This document shows positions 1 to 10,761 of a stretch of 64,000 bases of DNA, in pieces. The DNA comes from an uncultured Alphaproteobacteria bacterium (GTDB lineage: Bacteria > Pseudomonadota > Alphaproteobacteria > RF32 > CAG-239). The notes under the pieces are model-generated. The model saw only the letters and a program-made list of their open reading frames with translations, ran no database searches and was not told the origin of the DNA. The position numbers and the translations under genes are program-made. Each line of letters opens with the position of its first letter. Positions within the stretch are counted from its first letter, which is position 1. The stretch is taken from the NCBI GenBank assembly GCA_964017825.1, contig CAXHMA010000001.1, positions 83,928-147,927 on the forward strand, given 5' to 3'.

Positions 1-977
1 TCATCGGCTCAAATTTTATTCCTTATTTTATGGCGCATCATCCTGACTATAAAATCGTCAATCTCGACAATCTGACCTACGCCGGTAATCTTGACAACCT
101 AAAAGAGGTGGAAAACAACCCGAATTATACGTTCGTTAAGGGCGACATCTGCGATGATAAGCTCGTCAATGAGCTGTTTGACAAACATAATTTCACCGGC
201 GTCATCCACTTTGCCGCCGAAACGCATGTTGATAATTCCATTACCGGCCCGCGCCCTTTCATCAATACCAACCTCGTCGGCACGTTTAACCTCTTGGAAG
301 CCGCGCGTACCCATTGGTTTGACGCACCGAACACCCCGAAAAAGGGACTGGAACACAACCGTTTCCACCATATCTCTACCGACGAAGTTTTCGGCCAGTT
401 GGGCGCGGAAGGTTACTTCTCGGAAACGACGCCTTACGCTCCGAGCAGCCCTTATTCCGCTTCCAAAGCCGGTTCCGATTTCTTGGTTCGGGCATATCAT
501 CACACTTTCGGACTGAATGTCACAACATCAAACTGTTCAAACAACTACGGACCGAAACAGCACGGCGAAAAACTCATCCCGACCATTATCCGTAACTGCC
601 TGAATCTCTCGCCGATTCCGATTTACGGCAACGGGCAGAATATCCGCGATTGGCTTTATGTTACCGACCACGCCAAAGCGATTGATTTAATATACCATAA
701 CGGCAAATCGGGCGAAACTTACAACGTCGGCGGACACAACGAGCGTACAAATCTGGAAATCACTCATACTATCTGTGCAATTCTCGATGATATCCGCCCG
801 CGTAAAGACGGCAAAAAATACGCTGAACTCATTACCTTTGTCAAAGACCGCGCCGGACACGACCTCCGTTACGCGATTGACCCGGCAAAGATTACAAAAG
901 AGCTGGGCTACACGCCGGATGAAACCTTTGACACCGGCATCATCAAAACCGTTAAATGGTATGCAGATAAAGCATAA
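1..977 (+). CDS. rfbB: dTDP-glucose 4,6-dehydratase, 5' end truncated by window (frame continues from nt 3: IGSNF...).
   Basis: Translation matches the RfbB/short-chain dehydratase family (NLDxLTYAGN, HFAAETHVDNSI, YSASKA motifs); no in-frame stop back to window start. Confidence 0.85.
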   Translation, partial: IGSNFIPYFMAHHPDYKIVNLDNLTYAGNLDNLKEVENNPNYTFVKGDICDDKLVNELFDKHNFTGVIHFAAETHVDNSITGPRPFINTNLVGTFNLLEAARTHWFDAPNTPKKGLEHNRFHHISTDEVFGQLGAEGYFSETTPYAPSSPYSASKAGSDFLVRAYHHTFGLNVTTSNCSNNYGPKQHGEKLIPTIIRNCLNLSPIPIYGNGQNIRDWLYVTDHAKAIDLIYHNGKSGETYNVGGHNERTNLEITHTICAILDDIRPRKDGKKYAELITFVKDRAGHDLRYAIDPAKITKELGYTPDETFDTGIIKTVKWYADKA

Positions 978-2358
978 ATTTTGCAAAAATAAACAAAGCC
1001 GAACCGCCTGCCAAAACATAATTCACAGCTTTCGGCAGGCTTTTTTGCGTCAGATAATTGCCAAACCATAACAATGATACAGGCAGCAATATCGCCGCAT
1101 AACGAAATTCAGTAGAACAAAAATACGGATAATCAAGCCAAAAATTTACCCATGCCGCCAAAACCGAAAACACACACACAACCGCAAACATATTAAACGC
1201 ATAGTCGTACCCGATTTTGTATCTCCATAGCGAAAAGAAAGTCATGACAAGCAGCACAGACAGCACAATACCCGAACCATACAGCACATAAGCCCAAAAC
1301 AAACCCTGCCAGCCCCATTCGCCGAACAATGCCGTTTTGACAAGCGCCAAAAAGACATTCGGTTCCAAAATCCCTGCCCGAACATCGACATATGGAATAA
1401 ACGCCGATTGCAGTGAAAAAAGCCGCTCGTTTAAAGGATAACCGGACATCGCCTGAAAACCGGCATCTTGCAGAGGAGGAACCAGCGGCAAATCATAATA
1501 AAGCAAAAACCATCCCCAGCCGAACCCGAGCACGGCACCAAGCCCGATAACGCTGATTTGTCCCCATAACCGCGATGAAAATTTGCTTTTCGTCTGCACC
1601 AACCGGCAAAGCCCGAACACACCGAGCGCGGGCACAATCATCAATCCGGAAAACTTAATCATTCCCGCCGCCAACAGTAACCCGGCAAGAATAAGCGCAT
1701 CTTTCCAACCGCCCGCCAAATACCATTGATACCCGACAAACATCATCGCCGTCATCAAAAAGTAAACCGCGGCGTCATTATTAACCAGATTCGCCAAAAT
1801 CGCATGCGCCGGAAAAAAGCAAAACAACGCAAACAAGCCCAAACAGACTCCGCGTTTAAACCCGAATGTTTCCATAAGTCGCCACAAAATAATTCCCGTT
1901 CCGCTTACAAAAAATAAATTAAGGTACCGCACGCAGTCAAAACTCTCCTCCTGCGCCGCCCCGCAAAGCATGCCGAATTTCGTTACCGCAGCAGCAATTC
2001 CACCCCACAGCGGCGGCTGAAAATAAACCGTTTGCAGATACCTTTCCGGTGCGGCAAGAAAAAATCCGTTTTGCAAAAAATAATCCGCCTGCATGACAAA
2101 ATTGTAGTAATCATACTGCCTCACATTGCCCCGTGATGCCGAAATATACCACACATTCATCAGAAAAGCCGCTGCAAAAATCCCGTCGGCCGCGGTGAAA
2201 TTCCGCCGTTGATAAATCCCGAATACCGCCGTTCCGAGTGCAGCGCCGAAAAGCGGATACGGCAACAGCAGCTGCCAGCATATCAGCCCGAGACAAAGTA
2301 AAAACATCCCTTTGAGGTTAAAGTGCAAAACCATTGCGTTTCTCCTTTTTTTCATCAT
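952..2358 (-). CDS. Polytopic membrane protein, possibly PMT/ArnT-like glycosyltransferase (GT39/GT83-like); family uncertain.
   Basis: 468-aa ORF with many TM segments and a Pro/Trp-rich periplasmic loop; context next to rfbB; 26-nt convergent overlap with rfbB. Confidence 0.45.
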   Translation of the reverse strand: MMKKRRNAMVLHFNLKGMFLLCLGLICWQLLLPYPLFGAALGTAVFGIYQRRNFTAADGIFAAAFLMNVWYISASRGNVRQYDYYNFVMQADYFLQNGFFLAAPERYLQTVYFQPPLWGGIAAAVTKFGMLCGAAQEESFDCVRYLNLFFVSGTGIILWRLMETFGFKRGVCLGLFALFCFFPAHAILANLVNNDAAVYFLMTAMMFVGYQWYLAGGWKDALILAGLLLAAGMIKFSGLMIVPALGVFGLCRLVQTKSKFSSRLWGQISVIGLGAVLGFGWGWFLLYYDLPLVPPLQDAGFQAMSGYPLNERLFSLQSAFIPYVDVRAGILEPNVFLALVKTALFGEWGWQGLFWAYVLYGSGIVLSVLLVMTFFSLWRYKIGYDYAFNMFAVVCVFSVLAAWVNFWLDYPYFCSTEFRYAAILLPVSLLWFGNYLTQKSLPKAVNYVLAGGSALFIFAKFMLYLHTI

Positions 2359-2478
2359 AAACTTTATCTTCTAAAAATTCGCTTAATAAATAAAATTCTT
2401 GCCTTTTCCGAAAAAAAGCATATACTGCCTGCAAATCATGCAATTATTTTAACATCATTATAAAATCAATTAATCATT

Positions 2479-2742
2479 ATGAACATTTACACCAGCGAAG
2501 ACATGCGGGAATTTGTCAAAGAACATCTCGCATCAGGCATCGACATTGTCAAGTGTCGCAGTAAAAATGCGCCGAATAATCGTCAAACGTTCATCTGCAT
2601 AAAAGAAACCATGGACTGCAGAATGGACTGGCGCGGCGAAACCCGTATCCTTGCTCCGGGAGACTATATCCATGCGGATCCGAATGATTTTTATCCGCTC
2701 GCGGCAGAACAATTTGCCGCCTGCTATGTCATCATAAACTGA
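2479..2742 (+). CDS. Hypothetical small protein (87 aa).
   Basis: ORF fills an otherwise empty gap; weak RBS. Confidence 0.25.
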   Translation: MNIYTSEDMREFVKEHLASGIDIVKCRSKNAPNNRQTFICIKETMDCRMDWRGETRILAPGDYIHADPNDFYPLAAEQFAACYVIIN

Positions 2743-2924
2743 TGCGGAAAATTCCGGAAACATCATGAACAAAACCGTTAAGGTGTTCGTTCATGATGTT
2801 TTTTTTTATATCTTTAAGTTTTATTGCGGAAATGTTAAGATTATTAATATAGACAAAATATTATTGACAAAAACATGGGTAAATGTTATATCTTAATTAT
2901 ACGTTAACTTTTAAGGAGTTTAAG

Positions 2925-3272
2925 ATGAAAAAATTAGCTTTACTGGCGCTTTTTTTATGTATATTGCCGCTCGGTACAGCTAATAGTGCGGATACTGAAA
3001 ACTGGTGCGGAACATATATTGAAGAACAAGGAAGAGGATATATCCGTTTGGCGCGGGCAGATTTTGGAATTGGAAGCAGTAGCTGCATTATCAGCGAATA
3101 TACCGACAGGATTGAAAAAAGCGGCGCCGCCAATGTCGGTTTAGACTTTACGCACAACGACTCAATGGTTAACAAATGGCGCAAATTCCATAATCATATC
3201 ATTGAAATCCGCGGAAAATTCCGCAACGGCTATATTGATAATGTACGTTTCGTCCGCGATATGGGCGTCTGA
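2925..3272 (+). CDS. Secreted hypothetical protein (115 aa), start placed at MKKLALLALFLCILPLGTANSA.
   Basis: AAGGAG RBS 7 nt upstream of ATG 2925; classical signal peptide. Confidence 0.5.
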   Translation: MKKLALLALFLCILPLGTANSADTENWCGTYIEEQGRGYIRLARADFGIGSSSCIISEYTDRIEKSGAANVGLDFTHNDSMVNKWRKFHNHIIEIRGKFRNGYIDNVRFVRDMGV

Positions 3273-3284
3273 TAAAATAAGGCC

Positions 3285-5120
3285 TTACTGCATAATCTCT
3301 GCCCAAATTTCAGTCGGTACGCTGCCGCCGCCGACTTCTTTCATCGGGCTGTTGTCATCATTGCCGATCCAAACAGCCGTCGTATATTTGCCGTTTGACC
3401 CGATAAACCACGCATCGCGATAATTCTGCGACGTTCCGGTTTTCCCGCGCGCCTCGGCAACTTTCGCCGCTTTCCTGCCGGTCCCTTCCAAAACAACCGA
3501 ACGAAGCAGCCGGCGGATATCCGCCAGAGCTTTTTCCGATATAACACGGACTTTTGCCGAAGCTTCATGCTGATAAAGGAGATTTCCGTCCGTATCTTTG
3601 ATATAATCCGTCCCGTACGGAAAAACGGCATATCCTCCGTTTGCCGTCGCCGCATACGCCGCCGCCATGTCAATCACCCGGACTTCCTGCGCACCGAGAA
3701 TAATTGACGGCTCATCGTTAACATCCGAAGTAATCCCCATTTTCAACGCCGTTTTAATAATGTTGTCCAAATCCAGATAGGTTGCCAAATCAACCGTCGC
3801 CACATTAAGCGACTTTGCAAATGCCTGCTTCACCGTCACCGCGCCGTAAAAACGCTTGTCATAGTTCTGCGGCGTCCAGCCGTCAATATTTATCGGCTCG
3901 TCCGACAAAACATCATCGGGAGAGATACCCTGCTCCAACGCCGTCAGATAAACAAACAGCTTAAACGAAGAGCCCGCCTGGCGCAAAGCCTGTGTTGCGC
4001 GGTTAAACTGGCTTTTACTATAATCATAACCGCCGGCCATGACTTTAATCGCACCGCTGCCGTCCAAGACGACAACGGCTCCCTGCGTCACGTTTTTGCC
4101 TTTATTGGCGCGGATATGCTTTCTTAAAATAAACTCTGTCCGTCTTTGCAAATCATAGTCAAGCGTCGAACGCACATAAACATCCTGCTTAAAATCCTCC
4201 GTCATCTGTGCCATATCGCCCATAATATAGTCGCCGAAATAGCGGATATCCGCAATCTTATCGCCGTTGGCACTGCCTACCGGCATTTTCAGCGCTTTTT
4301 TATAGTCTTCGTCTGATATGGAACCTGCACGTTTCATGAGTGACAGCACAACATCCCCGCGCGACAGCGCCTGCTTTTTGTTTTTGAAATAATTATAACG
4401 GCTCGGCGCTTTCAACGCGCCTGCCAATATCGCCGCCTCGCGCAGATTCAAACGCTTCGCGGGCTTATTGAAAAAACGTTTGGCCGCTGCATTGATGCCG
4501 TACGCGCCGCTACCGAAAAAAACGCGGTTCAGATAAATATTTAATATCTGTTTTTTGCTGAAATGTTTTTCCAGCCAGCGCGCCAAAATATACTCCTGCA
4601 CTTTGCGCTTAATGCTCTTCTCACGGGTTAAAAACAGATTTTTGGCCGCTTGTTGCGTAATGGTGGAAGCCCCCTGTGCATACCGCCTTTTAACCGCATT
4701 CACCGCCATTGCCCGCACCAGACCGACATAGTCAATACCTTTGTGTTTATAAAATCTTCTGTCTTCCGTATCAATCACCGCCTGCGCCACATATTTCGGC
4801 AGCAAATCAACATCAACGGGTTCGGCAAACAACGCACCGTAGGAGACAAGTTCCCTCCCGTCATCGGACAGAATTTTAATCCCCGGCTGCCGCTCCACAT
4901 ATGCAGCGGTAGAAAAGGCCGGCAGCGTACTGCTGCAATACCAGACATAAATCCCTGAAATAAGCGCCGCGACAACAAAACACCATAGCGCAAACATCAA
5001 CAGCCCCGCAGCCGTACGCCGCTTGCGCCCTGTTGTTTTCTTCCGCTTACGCAGCGTTTTTTTCTTAGCTTTCTCTTCTTTTAATACCGGTTTGGATTTC
5101 CTTTTTCTACCCTGTACCAT
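3285..5120 (-). CDS. Class A penicillin-binding protein (transglycosylase + transpeptidase), PBP1A family, with Lys/Arg-rich N-terminal tail.
   Basis: GT51 motifs (IDTEDRRFY, RGxSTITQQ) followed by SxxK (GSSFK), SxN (KSLN), KTG (KTGTSQ). Confidence 0.8.
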   Translation of the reverse strand: MVQGRKRKSKPVLKEEKAKKKTLRKRKKTTGRKRRTAAGLLMFALWCFVVAALISGIYVWYCSSTLPAFSTAAYVERQPGIKILSDDGRELVSYGALFAEPVDVDLLPKYVAQAVIDTEDRRFYKHKGIDYVGLVRAMAVNAVKRRYAQGASTITQQAAKNLFLTREKSIKRKVQEYILARWLEKHFSKKQILNIYLNRVFFGSGAYGINAAAKRFFNKPAKRLNLREAAILAGALKAPSRYNYFKNKKQALSRGDVVLSLMKRAGSISDEDYKKALKMPVGSANGDKIADIRYFGDYIMGDMAQMTEDFKQDVYVRSTLDYDLQRRTEFILRKHIRANKGKNVTQGAVVVLDGSGAIKVMAGGYDYSKSQFNRATQALRQAGSSFKLFVYLTALEQGISPDDVLSDEPINIDGWTPQNYDKRFYGAVTVKQAFAKSLNVATVDLATYLDLDNIIKTALKMGITSDVNDEPSIILGAQEVRVIDMAAAYAATANGGYAVFPYGTDYIKDTDGNLLYQHEASAKVRVISEKALADIRRLLRSVVLEGTGRKAAKVAEARGKTGTSQNYRDAWFIGSNGKYTTAVWIGNDDNSPMKEVGGGSVPTEIWAEIMQ

Positions 5121-5306
5121 AGTTCTTTCTGCTGAAAAAAGATATTCTTAATTAAAAAAAGAATAAGAAAAATTAGTTAGCAAAAGATTAAAATAAATCT
5201 TACAGATGTAATTTTATCGCTGAAATCCCCCGCAAAACCCTTAAAAAAACTTTGCCAAAACGAAATTTGCCGCTATATTGGAAAAAACAGCAAAGGATAT
5301 GAAATA

Positions 5307-8024
5307 ATGACAGAAAAAGTATGTTTGATAGACGGCTCGGGTTACATTTTCCGCGCCTTTTTCGCCAGCCCCAAAATGACGAACCCCGAAGGGCTGCCGG
5401 TCAATGCCGTATACGGTTTTTTGAATATGTTTTTAAGCCTGACCGCCAATATCAAATGCGATTACTGTCTGGTGCTGTTTGACGCCAAACGCCAAAACTT
5501 TCGCAATGAGTTTTTTGCCGACTATAAAGCCACCCGCCCCGAACTGCCGGAAGATTTGAAACCCCAGTTTGCACTGATACACGAAGTCGTGGAAGCCCTG
5601 AACCTGCATTGGCTCCAAATGGAAGGCTATGAAGCCGATGACCTGATTGCGACCTATGCCGACATGGCCTTAAAAGACGGCAAGGAAGTAACGATTGTCT
5701 CCGCTGACAAAGACTTAATGCAGCTTATCCGCCCCGGCGTCACCTTTTATGACAGCATGAAAAACAAATTTTTCACCCCCGAAGACGTCAAAGAAAAGTT
5801 CGGCGTTTATCCCGAACGCGTCACCGACGTACAGGCGCTGGCCGGCGACAGTACAGACAATATCCCCGGCGTCCCCGGCATCGGGCTTAAAACCGCCGCC
5901 GAGCTTGTCAACCAATTTGGCTCGCTGGAAGGCGTCTTGGAACACGCCGAAGAAATCAAGCAAAACAAACGCCGTGAACTGATTATGACGCACAAAGAAG
6001 ACGCGCTTGTTTCGCAAAAGCTCGTCACCTTAAAAGCTGACGTTCCCGTTGAGCTTCCCTTAAAAGACCTGCGCTGCATGGCGCCGCATCAGGAAGTCCT
6101 GAACGCGCTTCTTGACCGCCACGCTTTCAAAAGCCTGAAAAATAAAGCCGCCAACTGGCTTAAAAACAAATGTGCTTCTCTGCCCGAAGAACCTGTTACC
6201 GTGCCGCAGGAACTGACGCCGAACTATAAACTTATCCTGAGCGAAAAAGAACTGCCCGCCCTTTCTGCCGCCATTCAAGCCGAAAATATGTTTTCGTTCA
6301 AAGCGCATACCGTCAAAGACGAACTCATCGGACTGTCAATAAGCCTCCCGAACGCCCGCGCTTTTTACCTCCCTGTTGCTCAAACCGCACCGGCAGCAGA
6401 TTTATTTTCGGCGCCGACAGCCGCGGACGGCATAACCGCAAAACAGCTCAAACAAATTTTATCCCCTCTGTTCGCCAATTCTGCCGTTCTTAAAATATCG
6501 CTGGATATGAAAGAAAACGTCTCCCTGCTGCAAAAAGCATTTGAAATATCCGCCTATCCGTTCCCGTATGACGATGTTGCCATTATGTCATATGACCTGA
6601 ACAGTTCGTCCGTTGCTCACACTTTGCCTGCACTCGCTGCCGCATTTTTGCAAAAGAATCTTAAAACGGCCGAACCGGACTATAAAAAAGCCGATTTTAA
6701 AACCATGCCGCCGTCAGAAGCGTTAGCCTTTTTTGCCGAAGAGGCCGATTTCATCATGCGTCTGCACCGGCTCTTCCACCCGCAGCTCCTGCCCGAAAAG
6801 AAACTCTTTGTTTATGACGGTATTGACCGCCCGCTGTCTTCCGTTTTATACGATATGGAAAAGGCGGGCATTATGCTGGATACGAAAAAGCTGACCGAAC
6901 TCAACGCACTGTTTGACAAGGAGATGAACGCGCTTTCTTCCGAAATTTATAACATGGCGGAAACCGAATTTAACCTCAGTTCACCCAAGCAAATCGGCGA
7001 AATTTTATATGAAAAACTTGGCTTGAAAGGCAAAAAGCACCGCTCCGGCGCGCTTAATACCAGTGCCGAAGTGCTGGAAAAAATGGCCGAAACCCACGAG
7101 CTGCCGAAAAAGATTCTGGAATGGCGCAAATATCAGAAGCTCAAATCGACCTACACCACCGCCCTTCTGGAACTTATGGATAAAAACCACCGCGTGCATA
7201 CGACATACAGCCAGACCTCCGTCAACACCGGACGCCTGTCTTCCCTGAATCCGAACCTGCAAAACATCCCTATCCGCACCGAAATCGGGCGCGAACTGCG
7301 CAAATGTTTCATCGCCAAACCGGGGCATAAACTGATTGCCGCCGATTATTCGCAGGTGGAACTCCGCCTTTTGGCAACGATTGCCGATGTACCGTTTTTG
7401 CAGGAGGCGTTCAGAGAAAATGTTGACATTCACCGCAAAACCGCAGCCCAAGTCTTTGCTATTCCGTATGAAGAAGTTGACGCCGGCCACCGCCGCCGCG
7501 CCAAGGCAATCAACTTCGGCATTGTTTACGGCATTTCCGCATTCGGACTTTCCAAAGAAATTGACGCAACGCCCGCAGAAGCCCAGCGCTACATAGACGC
7601 TTATTTTGCCAACATGCCCGAAGTCAAAACCTATATGGAAGAAACTATTAATTTTGCCCGTCAAAACGGTTATGTCTTAACGCCTTTTAACCGCAAAATC
7701 ACTATTTTCGGCATTCAGGATAACAACAAACAGCTCGCCGCTTTTGCCGAACGGGCGGCGATTAACGCCCCGATACAAGGCGGCGCGGCAGACATAATCA
7801 AACTCGCGATGAACAAAATCCCCGCCAAATTAAAAGCAGCCGGACTGAAAGCGCAAATGCTCTTGCAGGTACATGACGAACTCGTGTTTGAAGCGCCCGA
7901 AGAAGAGGCCGAATCCGCCGCCGCACTGATAAAAAAAGAAATGGAAAACATCACCGCTATAGCACTCAAAACCCCGCTCATTGCCGAAACCGGCATCGGC
8001 GACAACTGGGACGAAGCGCACTAA
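5307..8024 (+). CDS. polA: DNA polymerase I.
   Basis: 905 aa; 5'-3' exonuclease N-domain, polymerase motifs DYSQVELR, RRxAKAINFGIVYG, QVHDELVFE. Confidence 0.95.
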   Translation: MTEKVCLIDGSGYIFRAFFASPKMTNPEGLPVNAVYGFLNMFLSLTANIKCDYCLVLFDAKRQNFRNEFFADYKATRPELPEDLKPQFALIHEVVEALNLHWLQMEGYEADDLIATYADMALKDGKEVTIVSADKDLMQLIRPGVTFYDSMKNKFFTPEDVKEKFGVYPERVTDVQALAGDSTDNIPGVPGIGLKTAAELVNQFGSLEGVLEHAEEIKQNKRRELIMTHKEDALVSQKLVTLKADVPVELPLKDLRCMAPHQEVLNALLDRHAFKSLKNKAANWLKNKCASLPEEPVTVPQELTPNYKLILSEKELPALSAAIQAENMFSFKAHTVKDELIGLSISLPNARAFYLPVAQTAPAADLFSAPTAADGITAKQLKQILSPLFANSAVLKISLDMKENVSLLQKAFEISAYPFPYDDVAIMSYDLNSSSVAHTLPALAAAFLQKNLKTAEPDYKKADFKTMPPSEALAFFAEEADFIMRLHRLFHPQLLPEKKLFVYDGIDRPLSSVLYDMEKAGIMLDTKKLTELNALFDKEMNALSSEIYNMAETEFNLSSPKQIGEILYEKLGLKGKKHRSGALNTSAEVLEKMAETHELPKKILEWRKYQKLKSTYTTALLELMDKNHRVHTTYSQTSVNTGRLSSLNPNLQNIPIRTEIGRELRKCFIAKPGHKLIAADYSQVELRLLATIADVPFLQEAFRENVDIHRKTAAQVFAIPYEEVDAGHRRRAKAINFGIVYGISAFGLSKEIDATPAEAQRYIDAYFANMPEVKTYMEETINFARQNGYVLTPFNRKITIFGIQDNNKQLAAFAERAAINAPIQGGAADIIKLAMNKIPAKLKAAGLKAQMLLQVHDELVFEAPEEEAESAAALIKKEMENITAIALKTPLIAETGIGDNWDEAH

Positions 8025-8039
8025 ATCAGCACTCTGAAT

Positions 8040-8883
8040 TTAAGCCTGCTGTTTTTCCCGATAGCGTCTGCCCAATTCAACAATGGTTTCCGTTGTCGGC
8101 AGCCACATCAGCGTAAATGGCGGCAATCCGTTTTCCGCCAGATCCCGTTGCACCCGCGATTCATGATCCTTGCTGCAAAGCACTCCTTTTTCCTGTTCAT
8201 TGCAGAAAAACTCAATATCTGCTGCCGGGAAACCATACATCACGCCATTAATTGCATTGTGCAGACTCAATAAGCTCTGCTCATTTATTTCTAATTTCTC
8301 CAACTGCGGATTAAGCCGTTTCAATTCACTCAAAACGCCTGCCAATTGCTCCCGTGCAGCCTCCGGCGCGTAATTTTTAAAATGCAAATTCTGCCACGCC
8401 CACATATAAGCCGGTTCAACGCTTTTTTCCTGCCGTCTGTCAAAAATCCGCAAATATTCCTCGCACCCGAAATCATAAAACATCTTCAAATGAAATTGCC
8501 TTGGTGACAGTCCGTCAGGAAGCTTATAATCCTCCCCGACTTTAATTCCCCAATATTCCTCGGCACATAATATAGCATGCCGCCCGTCAATCATAAAACA
8601 TCCGCATTTCTCAATCAACAAGTCCTGAATTTGCTTTTCTGAAAGCCTTTCTTCATTTTGATACTCCGGAAACAGCCGCACCATTTCGTCATAATAGCAG
8701 TCGTCCGGCAATGTTCCCGCCTTTTCAAACAGCTTTGGCAATTCCGCCCGCGCTCTTTGCTCTTCAACAAACAGCATCATACAACTGCCGGGCTCGCCGT
8801 TTTCCCCGAAACGAATCAGCATCTGATCGCCGTCGTCAGAAACAAACTTTTTTTCGTTTTCATTTTCAAAAATAACTTTCATG
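8040..8883 (-). CDS. Hypothetical cytoplasmic protein (280 aa).
   Basis: Long ORF; AAGGAG RBS before MKVIFENEN start at 8883; no recognisable family. Confidence 0.5.
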
Positions 8884-8989
8884 GCAGACTCCTTTTTACG
8901 CAAAATACAGTAAATTGCAAAAAAAGCAATATTTTATATACAAAACCGATTTTAAAGATTAAATAAATTCCTGACGAAAGGAAACACTC

Positions 8990-9622
8990 ATGCTGATATT
9001 TGATTTGGACGGAACGCTTTTAAACACGGTCAAAGACCTGCATAACGCCTTAAATTATGCGCTGAAAGCCCACGGTTTCCCCGAAAAGACCGAAGCTGAA
9101 ACGCAAATGCTTTTGGGCAACGGTATCGATATTCTCGTTGCCGGCGCAATCCCTGAGGGGAAGGATAATCCGCAGTTTCCCGAAACCTATGCGACATTCA
9201 AAGAATACTATTCGCAGCACTTAAACGACTTCACACAGCCGTATAACGGCATTCTCCCGCTGTTAAAAAAACTTAAAGGCCGCCATATCAAAACGGGCAT
9301 TGTTTCCAACAAATTCGACGAAGGCGTCAAAGCCCTTGCCAAGCAATATTTCAGCGGCTTAATTGAATATGCGCAGGGCACAAGCGACACGGTGAAAAAG
9401 AAACCTGCGCCCGACGCCGTCTTCGCGCTTATCAAAGAACAGCACGCCGAAAATGAGCGCAATATCTACATCGGCGATTCGGATGTCGATATCAACACCG
9501 CTAAAAACGCAGGCATTCCCTGTGTCAGCGTCAGCTGGGGTTTTCGCTCGCGCGCGTTTCTGGAATCCTGCGGCGCCGATCCGATTATTGACCGCCCCGA
9601 AGAGTTGTTGAACCTGCTTTAA
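8990..9622 (+). CDS. HAD-superfamily phosphatase (phosphoglycolate phosphatase-like).
   Basis: N-terminal FDLDGTL motif, KxGxVSNK, C-terminal GDSxxD. Confidence 0.8.
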   Translation: MLIFDLDGTLLNTVKDLHNALNYALKAHGFPEKTEAETQMLLGNGIDILVAGAIPEGKDNPQFPETYATFKEYYSQHLNDFTQPYNGILPLLKKLKGRHIKTGIVSNKFDEGVKALAKQYFSGLIEYAQGTSDTVKKKPAPDAVFALIKEQHAENERNIYIGDSDVDINTAKNAGIPCVSVSWGFRSRAFLESCGADPIIDRPEELLNLL

Positions 9623-10584
9623 CGTTCATCATCAAACGTTTTTAAGGGTTTGAACGGAATACGGCTGGCGGTGACGACCACGTCTCTTTCCTTATCACGT
9701 TCACTAACCAGACTCTCGGCCGTTTTCCACGCATGGTTCAGCCATTTATTCGGATGCCCGTTTTCCAACACAAACTGCCCGCCGTTTGAAAGTGCTACGG
9801 GAAGCATACTGTCTTCCGGAACATTGTTGTCCTGCATAATTTTTTTGACATCAGGGTCCGGAGATAACAGATAAAATCCTTCTTTAAATCCGACTGCGGT
9901 TATGCCGCCGTTAAATGACCATACCATATCCTGCCCTTTTGCTTTCATTTCCTCCGCCATAAGCACAAAATTGCCCAACGAATGAATCTCCCCGTCTATA
10001 CCGGAAACACAGACATTTGCATCATTGGGACCAAATAACAGATATGTGTCTTTTTCAAAAGTTAACGTAAAAGTGACGTCTTCAATAACTTTGTTTTTGG
10101 TTGTTTTCAAAGCTGAAATTTTTTCTTCAACCGCTTTTCTCTCCTCGTCATGACGTGCTTTTTCGCGGTCTTTCCTGATTTTATCCCCGAACGCCCTGAC
10201 AAAACGCCATTCAATATTCAAATCATTATTCGGACGCCCGTCGGCATAAGCAAATTCATCACCGTTTGAAAGGATAACCCCCAATCCCGTATCACTTGCA
10301 CCAATCTCCTGCATAACTTCCGCTACACGCGGATTGCGTGAAACCATATAAACGCCTTCGCTGAAATAAACAGCGTCCAAACCGTTATTATGTCCCCAGC
10401 GAAGCGGCGCGTCATATTTTTCAAGAAGCGCCTGTTCTGCCTCAAAATCAACCGCCGGATAAACCGTATCATCATACCCAAATTTCAAATAAGCTTCATC
10501 GGCCTGTTCCAAAAGAAAATATGTTCCTTTTTCTATCCCCATTTTGGTCAGTCTGTGTTCAATAAGATCTTTAACTTCTGACAT
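9619..10584 (-). CDS. Hypothetical protein with internal tandem duplication of a ~130-aa domain.
   Basis: AGGAGG RBS before MSEVKDL; two halves align (GxYFLL...GxDAVYFSEGVYMVSRNP vs DTYLLF...GITAVGFKEGFYLLSPDP). Confidence 0.5.
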   Translation of the reverse strand: MSEVKDLIEHRLTKMGIEKGTYFLLEQADEAYLKFGYDDTVYPAVDFEAEQALLEKYDAPLRWGHNNGLDAVYFSEGVYMVSRNPRVAEVMQEIGASDTGLGVILSNGDEFAYADGRPNNDLNIEWRFVRAFGDKIRKDREKARHDEERKAVEEKISALKTTKNKVIEDVTFTLTFEKDTYLLFGPNDANVCVSGIDGEIHSLGNFVLMAEEMKAKGQDMVWSFNGGITAVGFKEGFYLLSPDPDVKKIMQDNNVPEDSMLPVALSNGGQFVLENGHPNKWLNHAWKTAESLVSERDKERDVVVTASRIPFKPLKTFDDER

Positions 10585-10761
10585 GGTTTCCTCCTGAATT
10601 GTCATTTTTTGTATATTAACATAAAAAAAACATAAACACAAGCCGGAAAAGAAAGCTTCTTCTAAAAAGCCGCTTTCAGAATATTTCCGATATAAAACAC
10701 CTTGTATAATACAAAGACGAACATATCTATATCAAAAATATCTCATGAAAGGATAACAGCA

